Notes: generated by a model from the sequence alone, not told the origin. Shown: positions 44,195 to 58,210, numbered from the stretch's first letter. The stretch: 64,000 bases of DNA from Azolla caroliniana (GCA_043228905.1 JBHGNT010000002.1:16120001-16184000), one strand, 5' to 3'. Translations and numbers: made by a program.

Positions 44195-44893
44195 ACGACC
44201 ACTCTCATCACTTATGCCCCAACGCCTTCTCTCACATCGCAATGCATGTGAGCTAAGTCGCATGGAAACAATGGTTTGAATGGCAGATAACGGTATGGGC
44301 TCTAACATGTATCGATGTGTACGGTTTCCCCGTTCCGCAAAGAATATGGTTTTGTAGTTAGGTGCAACATGTGTAGTATAATGTGTAAAGCGTGAGCCTC
44401 CACATTTGTCCCATGTCATGATACATTGGCGTTGCAAAAAGGCCTCATTTACAGAGGAATCTAGTGATGCATCATGAAGCAAGTGTCTCGCATCCCATCT
44501 ACCAAACCATTTTTCTATATCTTGCATCCAACCGGAACACAAAATTTTGCTTTTATGCGTCTTTTGGATCTTTTGCTTGCTTCCCATGCAATTCTAGGAA
44601 GTCGATGTGAGGGACTTTGTTGTACCTTAAGCATGTATTCAACAACCCTTTCCATGGCCATTATCTCAATGGGATGCCACCGCCCCATACTTCCACCCCA
44701 TAGAGAAGAACCGGTGTCACCAAAGTGTCGAAAAGATATTTCTTGAGGACCCAACACTTAATATCTCCAAGATTGCGTGTGTTCTCAAATGCATAATATA
44801 ATCGCTTACCCGCCTCTAAGCGGCATGTAGCACATTCATTCCATCTATGATTTGAAGGAACTTCAAGGCCAAGATATTTGAAGCTTTCCACAC
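44195..44893 (-). mobile_element. 5'-truncated non-LTR retrotransposon (LINE) ORF2 C-terminal half, RTEX/RTE-like
   Basis: ESFKYLG (end of RT), FDTLVTPVLLYGVEVWG, RLPRIAW and RLSSHALRCE..RW; frameshifted. Confidence 0.8.
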
Positions 44894-47852
44894 ATTAAGC
44901 CAGAGCCGGATCAGTATCCGGAACGGGGAGCCGGATCGGTGTCCGGATGGTATCCAGAACTAGGAGCAGGATCAAAGAACTGGATCGGATTGAAACCGGT
45001 AGGTTGTTAGAGGCCTACGGATCTAGCCTAGTACGTAGGCATAGTTTTAGGAGTCAGCGTCAGTCGCTCATATGAGAATTGAAGTACCTTTCAATACTTC
45101 TGTCAGGACTTAGTCCTTTATGGACTTGTATAAAAGTGCTCTTTGAGCACATTCTATGTACAAAGAGTATTATTGCTTTTTAATTGAGTTTATGTTCTGC
45201 TCTCTCTCTATCTCTCTTGTCTATGCTAAGTACTCTCAAGCTTCCATTGAACCTATGTTAATTCTCTGTCGCTACCCGGCTAAACCGGTTTCGTCAAAGC
45301 TTCCGTACATTAACTTTTACATGGTATCAGAGCGCGAGGGTTGAGAACTCTGCAGTCGATAGGCGCTTCCGAAGAAAAACCCTAACACCCGGTGAAGAAA
45401 AGAAGAGGATCCAGATGGACAGAGGTATGGCAAGTTCGCTTCCCACAGAAAAGCTTGACCGAAGCAACTATGCATCCTGGTCGTATAAAATGCACCAGTA
45501 CCTGTTGGGGAATGGATATTGGAGCTATGTGGAAGGAACTAACGAGGTAGCACCAGAGTTGGCACACAAGGACTTCCTGGCATGGGAACAATGAGCGAGT
45601 AGAGTGCTTTACTGCCTCATGTCCTGTTTCCATGATCACATGCTCGATTACATCAAGGATGCAAAAATGCCTGAGGCTTGGGAAAATCTTTGGAAGATTT
45701 TCGCCTCAAGTACCAACAACATCCGACAGAGAGATATGTCGGTTACGAAATACAGCACCAAAATAAAGGAGAGATATGTCGGTCTAGCACAACGGTACGG
45801 GCCCAGACAACGGTACGGGCCCGGACGGCAATTTGCACCCGAGAGAAGCCACCGTCCTTCTTCAACTTACAATCAGTGTTGATGGTCGAAGAAAACCACG
45901 CGAGTGGGTCGAGGAAAGGGCGACACGGAATGCTGGTATTGTGGCAAGAAAAACCACAGAGAAAACGAGTGCTGGAAGAAGCGCACCGATTAAGACAAAT
46001 CCAGATCCGCCAATGCCTGATAGGGAAACCGGGAAAGATCTCACTACGTAGAAGGATCGGAGGGATCTGGAACCGAGAAAACTGGAAAAGGGCCAACCTT
46101 CGTGATGAAGCACAAAGCAAACTCGATGAAGAAGACAACTTCCGGATCAGAGGAAGTGTGGTACGTTGATTCCGGAGCATCTAATCACATGACGAGCCAT
46201 GAAGACTGGTTCTCGTTTTTAGAGAAACCGGAACAACCGGGAATTGTCGAAACCGGAGACGACACCCCTCACCCGATTGTGCATGTCAGAGAAGTCCCTT
46301 TAAGCCATGTTGGCCAAAAGGGAAAGCTGATGAACGTACTAGACGTTCCGACAATCACAAAGAACCTAGTGTCGGTCGGACAAATCGTCGGCCAGGGAAT
46401 GCAGGTGCGGTTTACGCACCTTGGGTGCTTCATCGAAGAAGAAGGCCGGATAATCGTGCAAGGGCGCCGAGACAGGAGGATGTTCATCCTCGACACCAAC
46501 GACGTAGGCTTCGCTATGTTCAGAAAAGGACAAAAGATCGAATCGGACATCGATCTCGGGCACAAGCGGATCGGTCACGTCAATTACTGGAGGCTTCAAG
46601 ACCTGCAATCGAAACAAGTTGTTTTCGGTTTGCTGACATTTAGTGGCCGGAAGGCCCAAATATGTGAAGCCTGCCAACTCGGGAAGCAACATCGGCTTCC
46701 ATTCCCCACCGAACGAAACTGGAGCCATAACAAGCTCGACTTAATCCATTCGGATGTATGGGGCCCGACACAGAACGTTAGTCTTGGCGGGAGTTGGTAC
46801 TTCGTCTCCTTCATCGACGACTACAACTGACACACTTGGATCTATCTCATCGAGAGGAAAAGCTTCGAATGTTTCTAGAACCTTCAAATCTTAGTTGAAC
46901 GGGAAACAGAGAGAAAGATTAAGTGCCTGCGGTCGGATGGCAGAAAAGAATATTTTTCCCGCCAATTCAACAGTTATCTGCAGCAGAAAGGAATTAAGAG
47001 AGAATTCAGTTGCCAATACACACCTGAACAAAACGGTGTGGCTGAAAGGAAGAACCGGTCGATTGTTGACGTGGCAAGGGCAATGCTATGGGAGAAGAGC
47101 ATGCCCAAGTTTTACTGGGTTGAGGTGGTTCGGACGACCGTCTACATCCAAAACTGGATCGGAGACAAGGTGTAAGCACATGAGCTATATTTTGGGCGGA
47201 AGCCGAATTTGAGACACCTTCGGATATTCGGTAGCATAGTATATGTGCATGTAACGAATGAGAAGCGGAGGAAGTTGGATCTGAAGTCGGAGGAGTGCAT
47301 ACTCGTTGGCTACTCGCATGAACAGAAGGGGTATAAGTGTTATAACCCCTAGACTAAACATGTTTGAGTAAGTCGAGATGCCGAGTTTGATGAGTCAGCA
47401 TCATGGTACTCTCTACCGACTCCAACTCCTGACGAAGACCTGATTCTAGAGGATGAGGCTAGTGAACTTGGAGAGGTTCAAGTAGAAGATGAAGAAGGAT
47501 TCGGTACTCTAGATGAGAGTCCAATCTCATTCCGGCTAAGTCGGCCGAATGAGCGGCTGAGTCGGAATGACCAGTCGGATGAAGAACCGGCGAGTAGTGG
47601 AGACTCTGTCGCGCTCTCCCCGCGCAAGGAACCGAGGAGACGGTTCACGTGCAAAGAGAAGGGGAAGAAGAAGATGTCGGGATACGACATCGACAGTGAA
47701 GGGTCAGATCGGAGAGAATTTGACTCCGGAAAGGATGAAGGCGGAACTTCAGAAACGAAGTCCGAACCGGCCAAGAAGGGCCTCAAACCGGCTGTCGAGA
47801 AATTGTGCCGGTCAATCCGCCAAAAGATCCCCGTAAAACGGTACGGATACAA

Positions 47853-48686
47853 CATGGTTGTTTACGTACTCGTATTTAACGTTTAAATACGTATAGTAAT
47901 CATTTGTATAGTACGTACTATACCTCAATGTTGTTCAGTCAAATATCATGTACATTTGTCCAATACGGTATTTAACGTATTTATAAAAAAACAAGGATAA
48001 TACATATTTATTAAGAAAATGTAAGTAAAACCCCAACAAAAAGAAAAAGAAAAAAAAGATTTTAGTGAAAAAAAGTCAAAGGAAGGAAGGAAGAAAGAAG
48101 AATAGAAGAGACGACGATGAAGAAGATGAAGAAGAAGAAGAGAGAAAAGAAGAAATAAACCTGTCCTAGCTTTGAGTGTTATAATCACAGAAGATAGAAG
48201 AAGAAGAAGAAGAAGAAGAAGAAGAAGAAGAAGAAGAAAAGATAAACCTATCATGAGTGCGATAATCGTAGACGGTTCCTCAATCTATGAAGGGATAATT
48301 GTAAATAATTACAATTTGAAGTAGAATATCGTGATACACACTTACACTGATTTATAAAATAAGGGAATGCCGACATCCATATCACTACAAGTATTTTAGG
48401 ATGTGAAATGTTCAAATGTCTTATATGCATTTATGATGTAGAACTATATTATACATCACAAAATTGTGTAAACATAGATGTTTTTTACAATATTATAGAT
48501 ATTTTTTAGAAAGGTAAATCATTTTCAAATTCTAGAAGTATTTAACGTACTATACTTAAAATACGTATTTTATAGGTATTTAACATATTAAGAAAACATA
48601 TTTAACGTATTTTTAAATTGGGAGGTACTATACGGGTAGTAATATGTTATATACGTACGGTATTCGTACCGTACCTAACAACCTTG
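47853..48686. mobile_element. Non-autonomous hAT-like DNA transposon (834 bp)
   Basis: 8-bp TSD GGATACAA at 47845-47852 and 48687-48694; TIRs CATGGTTGTT/AACAACCTTG; subterminal ACGTA-type repeats; internal (GAA)n near 48197-48238. Confidence 0.88.
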
Positions 48687-48869
48687 GGATACAATGAATA
48701 CATGGCGCATCAGTATGTGTACATGACCAAGGTGGCAGAAGTGCGTGAGCCGGAGAGCTACGCAGAAGCAGTGAAAGCCGCAAATTGGCGTGCTGCTATG
48801 GAGGAAGAAATGCGGGCACTCGATGCCAACGACACATGGGACCTAGTTGACCCTCCCCATCATTGTAAA

Positions 48870-49166
48870 GGGTGAAAGCATGTGAATGGAAACACTATTA
48901 TAGCTAGCATGTAGCTAAAATGACCACAACTAAGTAGTTTTTTTCATAGCTAATTTTTAGTGGGAAAATCTTAAAGATACATATCATTTATTATGGGGAT
49001 GGAAATATTACCATTTATGGTTCACATTTTAGTTGTTCTTTATTTGAGATCACATTCTAATAATCCCTAAAATTGCCAGAGTATGCAAATTACATGCAAC
49101 TGTTTGCATGGGTAATTAGTTATGTCAAGGACATAGTTAATTGTTCTCATTCCCATGCGTTCACCC
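48870..49166. mobile_element. MITE (~297 bp, GGGTGAA...TTCACCC TIRs, possibly PIF/Harbinger-like)
   Basis: ~25-bp imperfect TIRs and an AT-rich interior; interrupts the RT motif HCK(PIG)CKW. Confidence 0.75.
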
Positions 49167-49468
49167 TTTACAATGAGTTGTAAGTGGGTATATAAGGTGA
49201 AGTACAATGCCGACAGTTCGGTCAACTGGTACAAGGCCCGGTTAGTGGTGAAGGGATACGCACATACCCACGGAATCAACGACGACGAGACCTTCGCTCC
49301 GGTAACAAAGATGACAATGGTTTGTGTGGTGTTGGCGGTTGTTGCAGCTAGGGGATGACATATTCACCACATGGATGTGAAGAATGTGTTTCTTCAAGGT
49401 GACCTTGAAGAACAAGTCTACATGATCCAACCCTTCGGTTTTCAATCGGAGTTGAACAGGTCGACGGT

Positions 49469-52037
49469 TGTTACCCGGACAAAGGGGCGGACAGACATAG
49501 TGGGGAAGCGTTGGAGTCGGAGGTTTGGAGTCGAAGTCGAAGTCGGATCGAGGAAGAGGATTTATGGGTCATCATTTTGGCTAAATAATAGTTAATACTG
49601 AAAATTATAGTTAGTTACAAAGTTTTGTAGTTCTTGCCGATAGGGCAATATGTATTTCTTGATGAGGAAGTCATTCAGGTTGCCTATAAAATGGAACCGA
49701 AGGCATTGTAAAATCTATCGGTTTACTTTTAGTAATATAAGTTTAGTTGTAGGAAATCTCGGTGCGCAACTGTTTATTTTCTGTTTATCTATTTCCACCT
49801 TGCTACAACTGTATTACGTAAGTAACGATCTCGATGTCTGTGTAACATCGATAAGATTACGGTAACTCAGTATCTATTCGCACAACCACAATTCTTTGAT
49901 AGAACGTTCAGTACGAAACGTTCGACTTTGCTCTGTGTCGGCGATAGAGTCGGTTGTCGGCTGAACAACACCGTATAATTTTGGCACACTCGGTTACATC
50001 TGCAATTAGCAGAGAACAAGTCGAATGGTATCGTCGTCTGGTTCGAATACACCAGTTGATCGTAAACGTCCTTGTACACGTTCGGTTACAAATTGTGTCG
50101 AAGAGGATTCTGCTGCGGTGGTACAACAAGAAACAAGTCGGAGGTGGTCTTCAGTTCTCGACTTAACTGATAGTTAGTCAGACGGAGATCAGTCTAAAGA
50201 GGTATCATTTTACGATATCTGGAGTGAAGACAATATGCCTTACCCTTACTCGAAATTTCGAGAAGGCGCTGATGCAGAAGCGCATATTAGGGATTTCTTA
50301 ACAACATGGGAAATAAACCATGGAGCTTAGCAGCTATTAGTTGCAGCCGAGGATAAGTCTAAAATAGCTGAGTTTGTTTTGTCATTAGATGGCCAGTCAG
50401 CAAATTGGTTTGCTCAGAATGGTTTTCAAGCGTTCGAAACATTCAAACAATTAACCAAAAAAAATCTTCAATTGTTTCATCGACTAATTCCTCAAAAGGA
50501 TCTGATAGCTCAATTTTATGCATTATATCAAGAATCCAATGAAACAGTGTCACAATTTGTCATTCGCTTTCAGAATCTACAACTACAAATTTCCAAGCCA
50601 ATTCCCGATCATGAACTAAAGGATATCTTTCTAGAGGCAATTCGGGAACCACTACAAACGACACTAGCGATGTTCGATTTCCGAAATCAATCAATTGAGC
50701 AAGTGATTGATAAGGCCATTGCTATGGGTCGAAATCCAAAAAATGTACAAACTTGATTCTGCTCAATGTTGGTATACCGTTCAAGAAAAGGAGTTATTTG
50801 CAGTTATACATGCGCTCAAAACATGGCGCCATTATCTTTATGGAAATCGTTTTGTGGTAACTACGGACCACGAGTCCTTGAAATATTTCCGTGACCAACA
50901 AGACCTGAAAGGTCGTAAAGCACGATGGGTTGATCTCATTCAGGACTTTGATTTTTCCATACGATATCGTAAAGGTTCCATGAACACTATCGTTGATGCA
51001 CTAAGTCGCTTCTGTGAATTTAACATGCTTAGCTTCATTGAAATAACATCAGATCTTTATGATCACCTTCAAGGAAAGTATCCCGATGATAGTTATTTTG
51101 CGAAATATTGGGCAAGAGTTGTGTCTGGAACAGACACCACCACATCCTCGAAGGAATCCTTCCACATTGCTAACGGTTTGCTCTACCGTAATGGGAAGGT
51201 TTGTATTCCAGATTTGCCTGAGATAAAAAAGAGAATTCTTTTTTAATGTCATTATGAACCCTCAGTAGGGCACCCTGAAATACATCGTATACTCGTTCTT
51301 ATCTCCACTCAATTCTATTGGCCTAAGATGCGTCCTAACATACATAGCTATGTGACTAAATGTCACCAATGTTAGGTTAACAAAGCCGAGCGACTTAAAG
51401 CCGCAAGACTTTTACATCCCTTGGACATTCCCAATAATAAATGGGAAAGTATATCCATGGATTTTATTGTTAGCCTTCCTCGCAGCCAAAAAGGCCATGA
51501 TGCCATCTAGGTTGTGATGATAGACTAACTAAAATGGCAAGATTTATTGCTACTAAAACCACGGTAACATCTTCTGAATTGGCTTACTAATTCGTTGACA
51601 AGTTATTTCGTTTTTATGGGTTACTGATGGATATCGTGAGTGATCAAGATCCAAAGTTTACTAGTGACTTCTGGACGCAAGTCTTTAAGAAGTTAGAAAC
51701 TACGTTGAGCATGAGCTCTAGGGATCATCCTCAATCCGATGGACAGATAGAACGAGTAAATCAAATTATTGAGGACATGCTTCGAGCATATGTTGGTGCA
51801 AAGCCAACAAAATGGGAACGTTATCTCCCAATTTTGGAGTTTTCTTATAACTCCAAGCATACGTCGATGGGATATAGTCCTTTTATGTTGATGTATGGTT
51901 TTCAGCCACGAGCCCCAATTGATGTTAATATACATCATGATGAGTTGCGAAGTACGCAAAACTTTCTTCAGGATATGCAAGATGTGTTGCATATTTCACA
52001 AGATAATATATTAAAAACAACTGAAGATAGAGCGCGT
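49469..52037 (+). mobile_element. Ty3/gypsy G2 (chromovirus/Tcn1-like): 5' LTR ~49469-49867, gag from ~50234, deletion of protease and RT, RNase H-integrase; truncated by G3
   Basis: TGTTACC...GGTAAC termini; EKELFAVIHALKTWRHYL, TDHESLKYF, WESISMDFI, DPKFTSDFW and HPQSDGQIERVNQ. Confidence 0.85.
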
Positions 52038-53012
52038 TGTCGTGATGTTACGCTCACGCGTATGAAATAAGGCGGGACCGCAGGGGCCCTGAACCGAGGA
52101 GCGTGAGAGAGAAGAGGGAGAGAGATTCACAGAAACACAGAGAGACAAAAACGAAAGAATCAATTCCAATAACAGTATAGATTACAGAGCTTGCAATGTT
52201 ACAACCGGCAAGCCGGTGATAGACTCAACACAGACGAACACACGCGCGGAAATACGTGGTGGAGCCTCTACCAGAAGCACGAGGGCTTTCATGCAGCAGA
52301 GGCAACCAACCTAACCCAAAATCCCTGCAGAAACAACAATGATGGTGGAGGAGAGAACTCGGTTCCCAGTCCGACAACACTTCGTCCTCTCAAAACGCTT
52401 GATCCCTACTCAGGCCCTTTTCCTCTCCTTTTATAACACAAGGAGAGAGAGCCGTTTATAGACTGTTAAATCGTTGTTATTCTTTGTTCTTTCAGACAGA
52501 GATCCTCTTCGATTCCCTACTTAATGAATTCGTGCTACCTAGGATAATTACATCGCTGACCTGTACTTAACTATGTATGTAAATATATCAAAACATGTGC
52601 CTGTGTGTAAGGGCCGGTTCATGCACACCATCCACCGATTCCTCCTAGGGACGGTTTTCTCCACGACATCTGCCCCCACCTAACCGCGCATCCTCTGGTA
52701 TGCGCAAGAATAGACTTCTGCCGGAGAAGACCGGCCCGCGATTATCTTTCGCTCTCCAGTCCACCACCCACTCCGAACCGGTCATCGTCACCATCCATGC
52801 CCTCTGGGTCCGGTTCGTCCTCGTGCCGCTTCTTGAATGTCTTGATCCTCTTCGCGGCCACCGACACAACTATTCTTGTTCCGCCGAGTTCCGCGAGGTG
52901 GTAGGTGTCGTTGTCGTTGGCCCTTGTCACCGCATAAGGCCTGAACCACCTCCTCGCAAACTTCCGCATTGCCTTGTGCTGGTTGTCGAGGCTGCTGTCG
53001 TAGACAAGAACC
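52038..53012 (-). mobile_element. Gypsy G3 3' end: LTR 52038-52668, PPT 52669-52680, integrase C-terminus (stop 52742)
   Basis: TGTCGTG...CACGACA; GGTGGGGGCAGA on the minus strand; VLVYDSSLDNQH...RRWFRPY. Confidence 0.88.
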
Positions 53013-56000
53013 TGATAGGAACTACACGCTCGCGATAAACAACGCTCGGCCTCAACCAAGCTTAGAATCATAAAACACAGAAAACAGGGAATGAATGCAC
53101 GACACAATGGAGAGAAGGGTACACAGGATGTTTACGTGGAAAACCCAAACATGAGAAAAAAAACCACAGTAGTCCACTGACTGCTAACTATCACTATGTA
53201 ACAATATACAATAGATGAACACAGAGGCAACGACCTCTTGTTCACTGTCTTCGCCACAGGCGGCGGTTACAACAGAGATACGAACTCTTCGTCTCTTTCT
53301 CTCTCTCTCTCTCTCTGTACACTGTTGCGCTCTAATCTTGTGCCAACAAGAATGACAACCGCATTTACTAAGTTTGCCCTAAGTCATATTTATACTAATA
53401 TGACTTTTTGGCTATTTACAAATATAGTCCCGATGGACTCTCACAAACATATTTACGAATATGTCCCTTCATCCGGTGAGCACTCCTCACCGGACCTGCA
53501 TCCTCTGACGCTTGCTGGGCACACGTCATCCGGTTCTCACCGGGTCTTCCGTTGCCGGGTACTCCACATCCGGTTCTCACTGGGTCTTCACCATCCGGCT
53601 CTTGCCGGGTACTCGTCATCCGGTTCTCACTAGGTCTTCACCATCCGGCTCTTGCCGGGTACTCGTCATCCGGTTCTCACTGGGTCTTCACCATCCGGCT
53701 CTTGCCGGGTACTCGTCATCCGGTTCTCACCGAGTCTTCCATAGCCGGTTACTCGACATCCGGTTCTCACCGAGTCTTCCCATCCGGAGGGACCTGTTTC
53801 CTAACAAACTCCCCCTTCACTCCGGCATGGGATGTCTTACTAGTCTGATCCGCTTCCAACATGCTTCCAGCTTGTCGGGTATCAGTACTTTGGTCAGCAT
53901 ATCTGACCTGTTCTCGGCCATGTGGATCTTCGTCAGCGCGAACTCCTGGTCATCTACTCTTTCCCGGATCCAGTGATACCTTCGTTGGATATGCTTCGTC
54001 CGGGAATGGTAGGCTGCATTCTTAGCAAGGTGGATGGCACCTTGACTATCGCAATAGAGCCGATATTCATCTTGCCGGATATTGAGCTCTCCGATAAAGT
54101 CCTTCATCCAGAATATTTCCTTGCCGGCTTCCACAGCCGCCATGTACTCCGCCTCCGTGGTTGACAACGCAACCGTCTTCTATAGCCTCGACTGCCATGA
54201 AACAGCTCCCCCTACATATCTCATTACATACCCGGATGTAGAACGGCTGGTATCCACATGAGCCAACATGTCCGAATCGGTAAAACCGTCAAGTTGAGGT
54301 TTTCCGGAGCCGAATTGGAGACACATATTTGAAGTGCCCTTCAAGTACCGGAGTATCCATTTGACCCCGTTCCAGTGCTCCTTGCCGGGATAGCTCATAA
54401 ACCGGCTCACCACTCCGACTGCGTATCCTATATCCGGTCGGGTACACACCATTGCGTACATTAAGCTCCCGACGGCAGAGGCATATGGAACCTTCAACAT
54501 ATCAGCCTTCTCTGCTTTCGTCTTCGGGCTTTGCTTACCGGATAATCTGCAGTTTGCCGGGAGTGTCGAACTGACCAATTTCGCTTCTAACATGTTGAAC
54601 CGCGGAAGCACCTTTGTCACGTATTTCTCCTGTGACAGCCATAGTTGCTTCGTTGGCCGGTTCCGGATGATATGCATCCCCAACATCTGTCTTGCCGGAC
54701 CCAAGTCTTTCATCACAAAAGTTCGGTTGAGAGCCTTCTTCAGCATCCGTATTCTGGCTTGGTTCTGTCCGACATCAACATGTCGTCCACATACAGAACG
54801 AGTATCAGGAAGTCACCTGCTTCGAACTTCTTCACAAACACGCAGTGATCGGCCTGCATCTTGTGGTACCCTTGATCGGTCATGAAGGAGTCGAACTTCC
54901 GGTACCATTGTCGGGGAGCGTGCTTCAGACCGTACAGGCTCTTCTTAAACCGGCAAACCAGGTGCTCCTTCCCTTTCTCCACGAATCCTTCCGGTTGCTG
55001 CATGTAGATCTCCTCTTCGAGGTCACTGTGAAGGAATGTCGTCTTCACATCCAGCTGCTCTACCTCGAGGTCCATGCTTGCCGCTATACTCAGCACCGTC
55101 CGGATGGAGGTCATCTTTACTACCGGGGCAAAGATCTCGTCAAAGTCCACGCCCTTCTTCTGCTGGAACCCCTTCACCACGATCCTGGCTTTGTATCCGG
55201 GGGGGTTGCCGGCATCTCCCGGTTTCAACTTGTACACCCACTTGTTTCGGAGTGCCCGCTTTCCTTTCGGCAACTCCACCAATTCATACGTATGGTTCTC
55301 ATGTAGGGAATCCATCTCATCCTGCATGGCACTTAACCATTTGCGGCTGTGGGTGTCATCCTTCGCTTCTTCAAAGCTTTCTGGCTGCCCCCCATCGGTT
55401 AGCAGCACATGCTCTGCATCCGGAAATCTCCGGGGGGGCCTTCTCTCTTTAAGAGGATATCTCCGTCTTTGGGCTTCGGTAACCGGCTCCTCCATTTGCT
55501 CTTCATCCGAATCCGATTCAGGATCTTGGCCGGTTCCGGTTTCAGCTTCCTCTACTTCTTCTTCTGCCGGTTCGGTATCCTCACCGTAACCGGCTGGTTC
55601 CTCGAGTGCTAACCGGTCTCTTGCCGGTTGGGTCTGCTCATCGCATAATCGATCCTTACCGGTCGACTCGGAGTTCATTATCTTCTTCTCCGACTCCCAG
55701 TTGGCGAGCGCCTTGTGCTCCATGCAGATAATATCTTGACTCCGGAATACCTTCTTGTCGATCAGGTCCCACACTCGGTAGCCGAACTCATCGTCGCCGT
55801 AACCAAGGAATATGAATGGCCGGGTCTTCGGATCTAGTTTTCCTCTCCGGTCCTTAGCTATATGCACATACGCAAGACACCCGAATACCTTTAGATCCCG
55901 GTAGGCACTTCCTTACCGGTCCAGAATCTCTGTGGCATGTCTCCGTCCAAGGGTAGTGAGGGTGATCTGTTTATCACATATGTCGCCGTCGACAGTGCCT

Positions 56001-58178
56001 CAACCCAAAACTTCTTGGGTAGTTTTGCATGCGCCAACATACTCTAGATCCTCTCCATTATGGTTCGATTCATCCTCTCGGCCATCCTGTTTAGTTCTGA
56101 CGTCTTCGGCACGGTAAATTCGAGCCGGATTCCCTTCGAGTGACAATACTCCTCGAATTGCCCCCGGTATTCACCTCCGTTATCTGCTCGAACCGCCTTT
56201 AGCTTCCGGCCGGTTTCTCTTTCCACTCTCATGTGGAGCTCTTTGAAGACGGATAACACCTGATCCTTCGTCTTCAACGGTGTGGCCCACAGCTTCTGGT
56301 TGTGGTCATCTATGAACGTCACGAAGTACTGCGATCCGGAATGTGACTTCGTGTCCACTTGACATACATCAGTATGCACCAACTCCAGTGGTGCATTACG
56401 TCTCATCGGTGGCCTCGATCGGATGAAGGTCCGGTTTTGTTTACCGGCCAGACAATCAGTGCACTTCTCCAAGTGCACGTTCTTCACTGGAATGAGGTTG
56501 TCGTCTACAAGCCTCTTCATCCCCTTCTCGCTCATGTGACACAGCCTCTTGTGCCATAGCACACTGGCAGTGTCGGATGCCACGTTCACTTCTTCCGGGC
56601 ATAACCGGGCATTCATCAGGTACAGGGTGTTTTGTAACCTTTCGGGCCCGAGCCACAATCAGGATCCCTTTGCTGAACTTCATAACACCGTTTTGGATGC
56701 TACCCGTGTAGCCTTCATCATCTAGCCGACCGGCTGATATCAGGTTCAGATGAACCTCCGGAACGTGTCGGACATCCTTCAGCAGCAGCTTACATCCGGT
56801 TGGTGTTGTCAACCACACGTCTCCTATGCCGACAATTCGGAATGTACCATCATTCCCCATCCGGACACAGCCGTGATCACCGGCTGAGTAGGATGAGAAG
56901 CATTTCCAGTCTGGGGTAAGGTGGAACGATGCTCCGGAGTCGACCACCCAAGTAATCTCATCGCCGGCAAGGTTTAGCTCACTCTCCTCGGTGATGAGCA
57001 TCAACTCTTCTTCACTTGCCGCGATTGCCGTCGTTCCCTTCCGGTCCGGCCCCCTCCGGTCTTTACCGTTCCGGTCGGGTGTCCACTTCGAATCGGTACC
57101 GTCGGTTTCCTTATCTTTTCGGAAATGCCGACATATCTTCTGGAAGTGTCCCAGCTTGCCACAATAGAAGCAAGTAGGCCTCCTCCTTGACTTTGACTGT
57201 GTCCCCGACTTTTCCCGATTCTGGGGGCTACGGTTCCTTTGTCTTCGCGTTCCGATTCGGTAAGGAGCACTTTGGAGTCGGAGCTCGTATCCTTATCTTT
57301 CTGACGCGCCTCCTCATCTAGCAAGCTCGACTTCACTCTTGCTAGGGATAACCATTTCCATTCCGGCTCGGCGTTGCCCAAAGTGACAACCAACGTCTCC
57401 TAGCTATCCGGGAGGGAACCGAGTAGGAGTAGCGCTAGTACCTCATCGGCGAGAGGTACTTCCAATGATGTTGCCTGGTGGATCAGCCCCTGGAAGGCAG
57501 TCATGTGCTCCGCCATGCTGGAGCCATCTTGGTACCGGAGTCTTACTAGCTTCCGAAATACCAAAACCTGATTAACAACATTTTTGTTTAGAAACATAAT
57601 GCCGATCTTCTCCCAGAGCTCATGATCCTTGCTCTCTTCATTGAAGTTGTTGTATAGACTCATGTCGATGAAGTACCGTATGTAAGCCGTTGTCTTCATG
57701 TGCATCACCTCCCATATCGTGGCGTCGATTTTGTCCGGTCTCTTGTCCCCGAACTGAACCGGCAACCAAAGATCTTTAACCATGAGCATGTCCCTCATCT
57801 TCGACTACCACACGGAATAGTGGGAGCCAGTGAGCTTGAACATGCCTCCCAACGATTCGTCCATATTCTGTGTCGTTTCGCTCTGATACCACTTTGACAG
57901 GAACTACACGCTTGCGATAAACAACGCTCGGCCTCAACCAAGCTTAGAATCATAAAACACAGAAAACGGGGAATGAATGGACGACACAATGGAGAGAAGA
58001 GTACACAGGATGTTTACGTGGAAAACCCAAACATGGGAAAAAAAACCACGGCAGTCCACTGATTGCTAACTATCACTATGTAACAATATACAATAGATGA
58101 ATATAGAGGCAACAACCTCTTGTTCACTATCTTCGCCACATGCGGCGGTTACAACAGAGATACGAACTCTTCGTCTCT

Positions 58179-58210
<32 letters not shown>

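Larger units (their letters stand above)
44896..49468 (+). mobile_element. Decayed copia H (D family): 5' LTR lacking its first ~40 bp (ends 45321), PBS 45322-45333, gag to mid-RT; interrupted by hAT, MITE and gypsy G2
   Basis: LPTEKLDRSNYASWSYKMHQYLLG; WYVDSGASNHM; RYGYNEYMAH; DVKNVFLQGDL. Colinear with D. Confidence 0.9.

Noticed and set aside
47946-48254. Poly-Leu membrane protein ORF
   Set aside because: Antisense translation of the (GAA)n tract within the hAT element.
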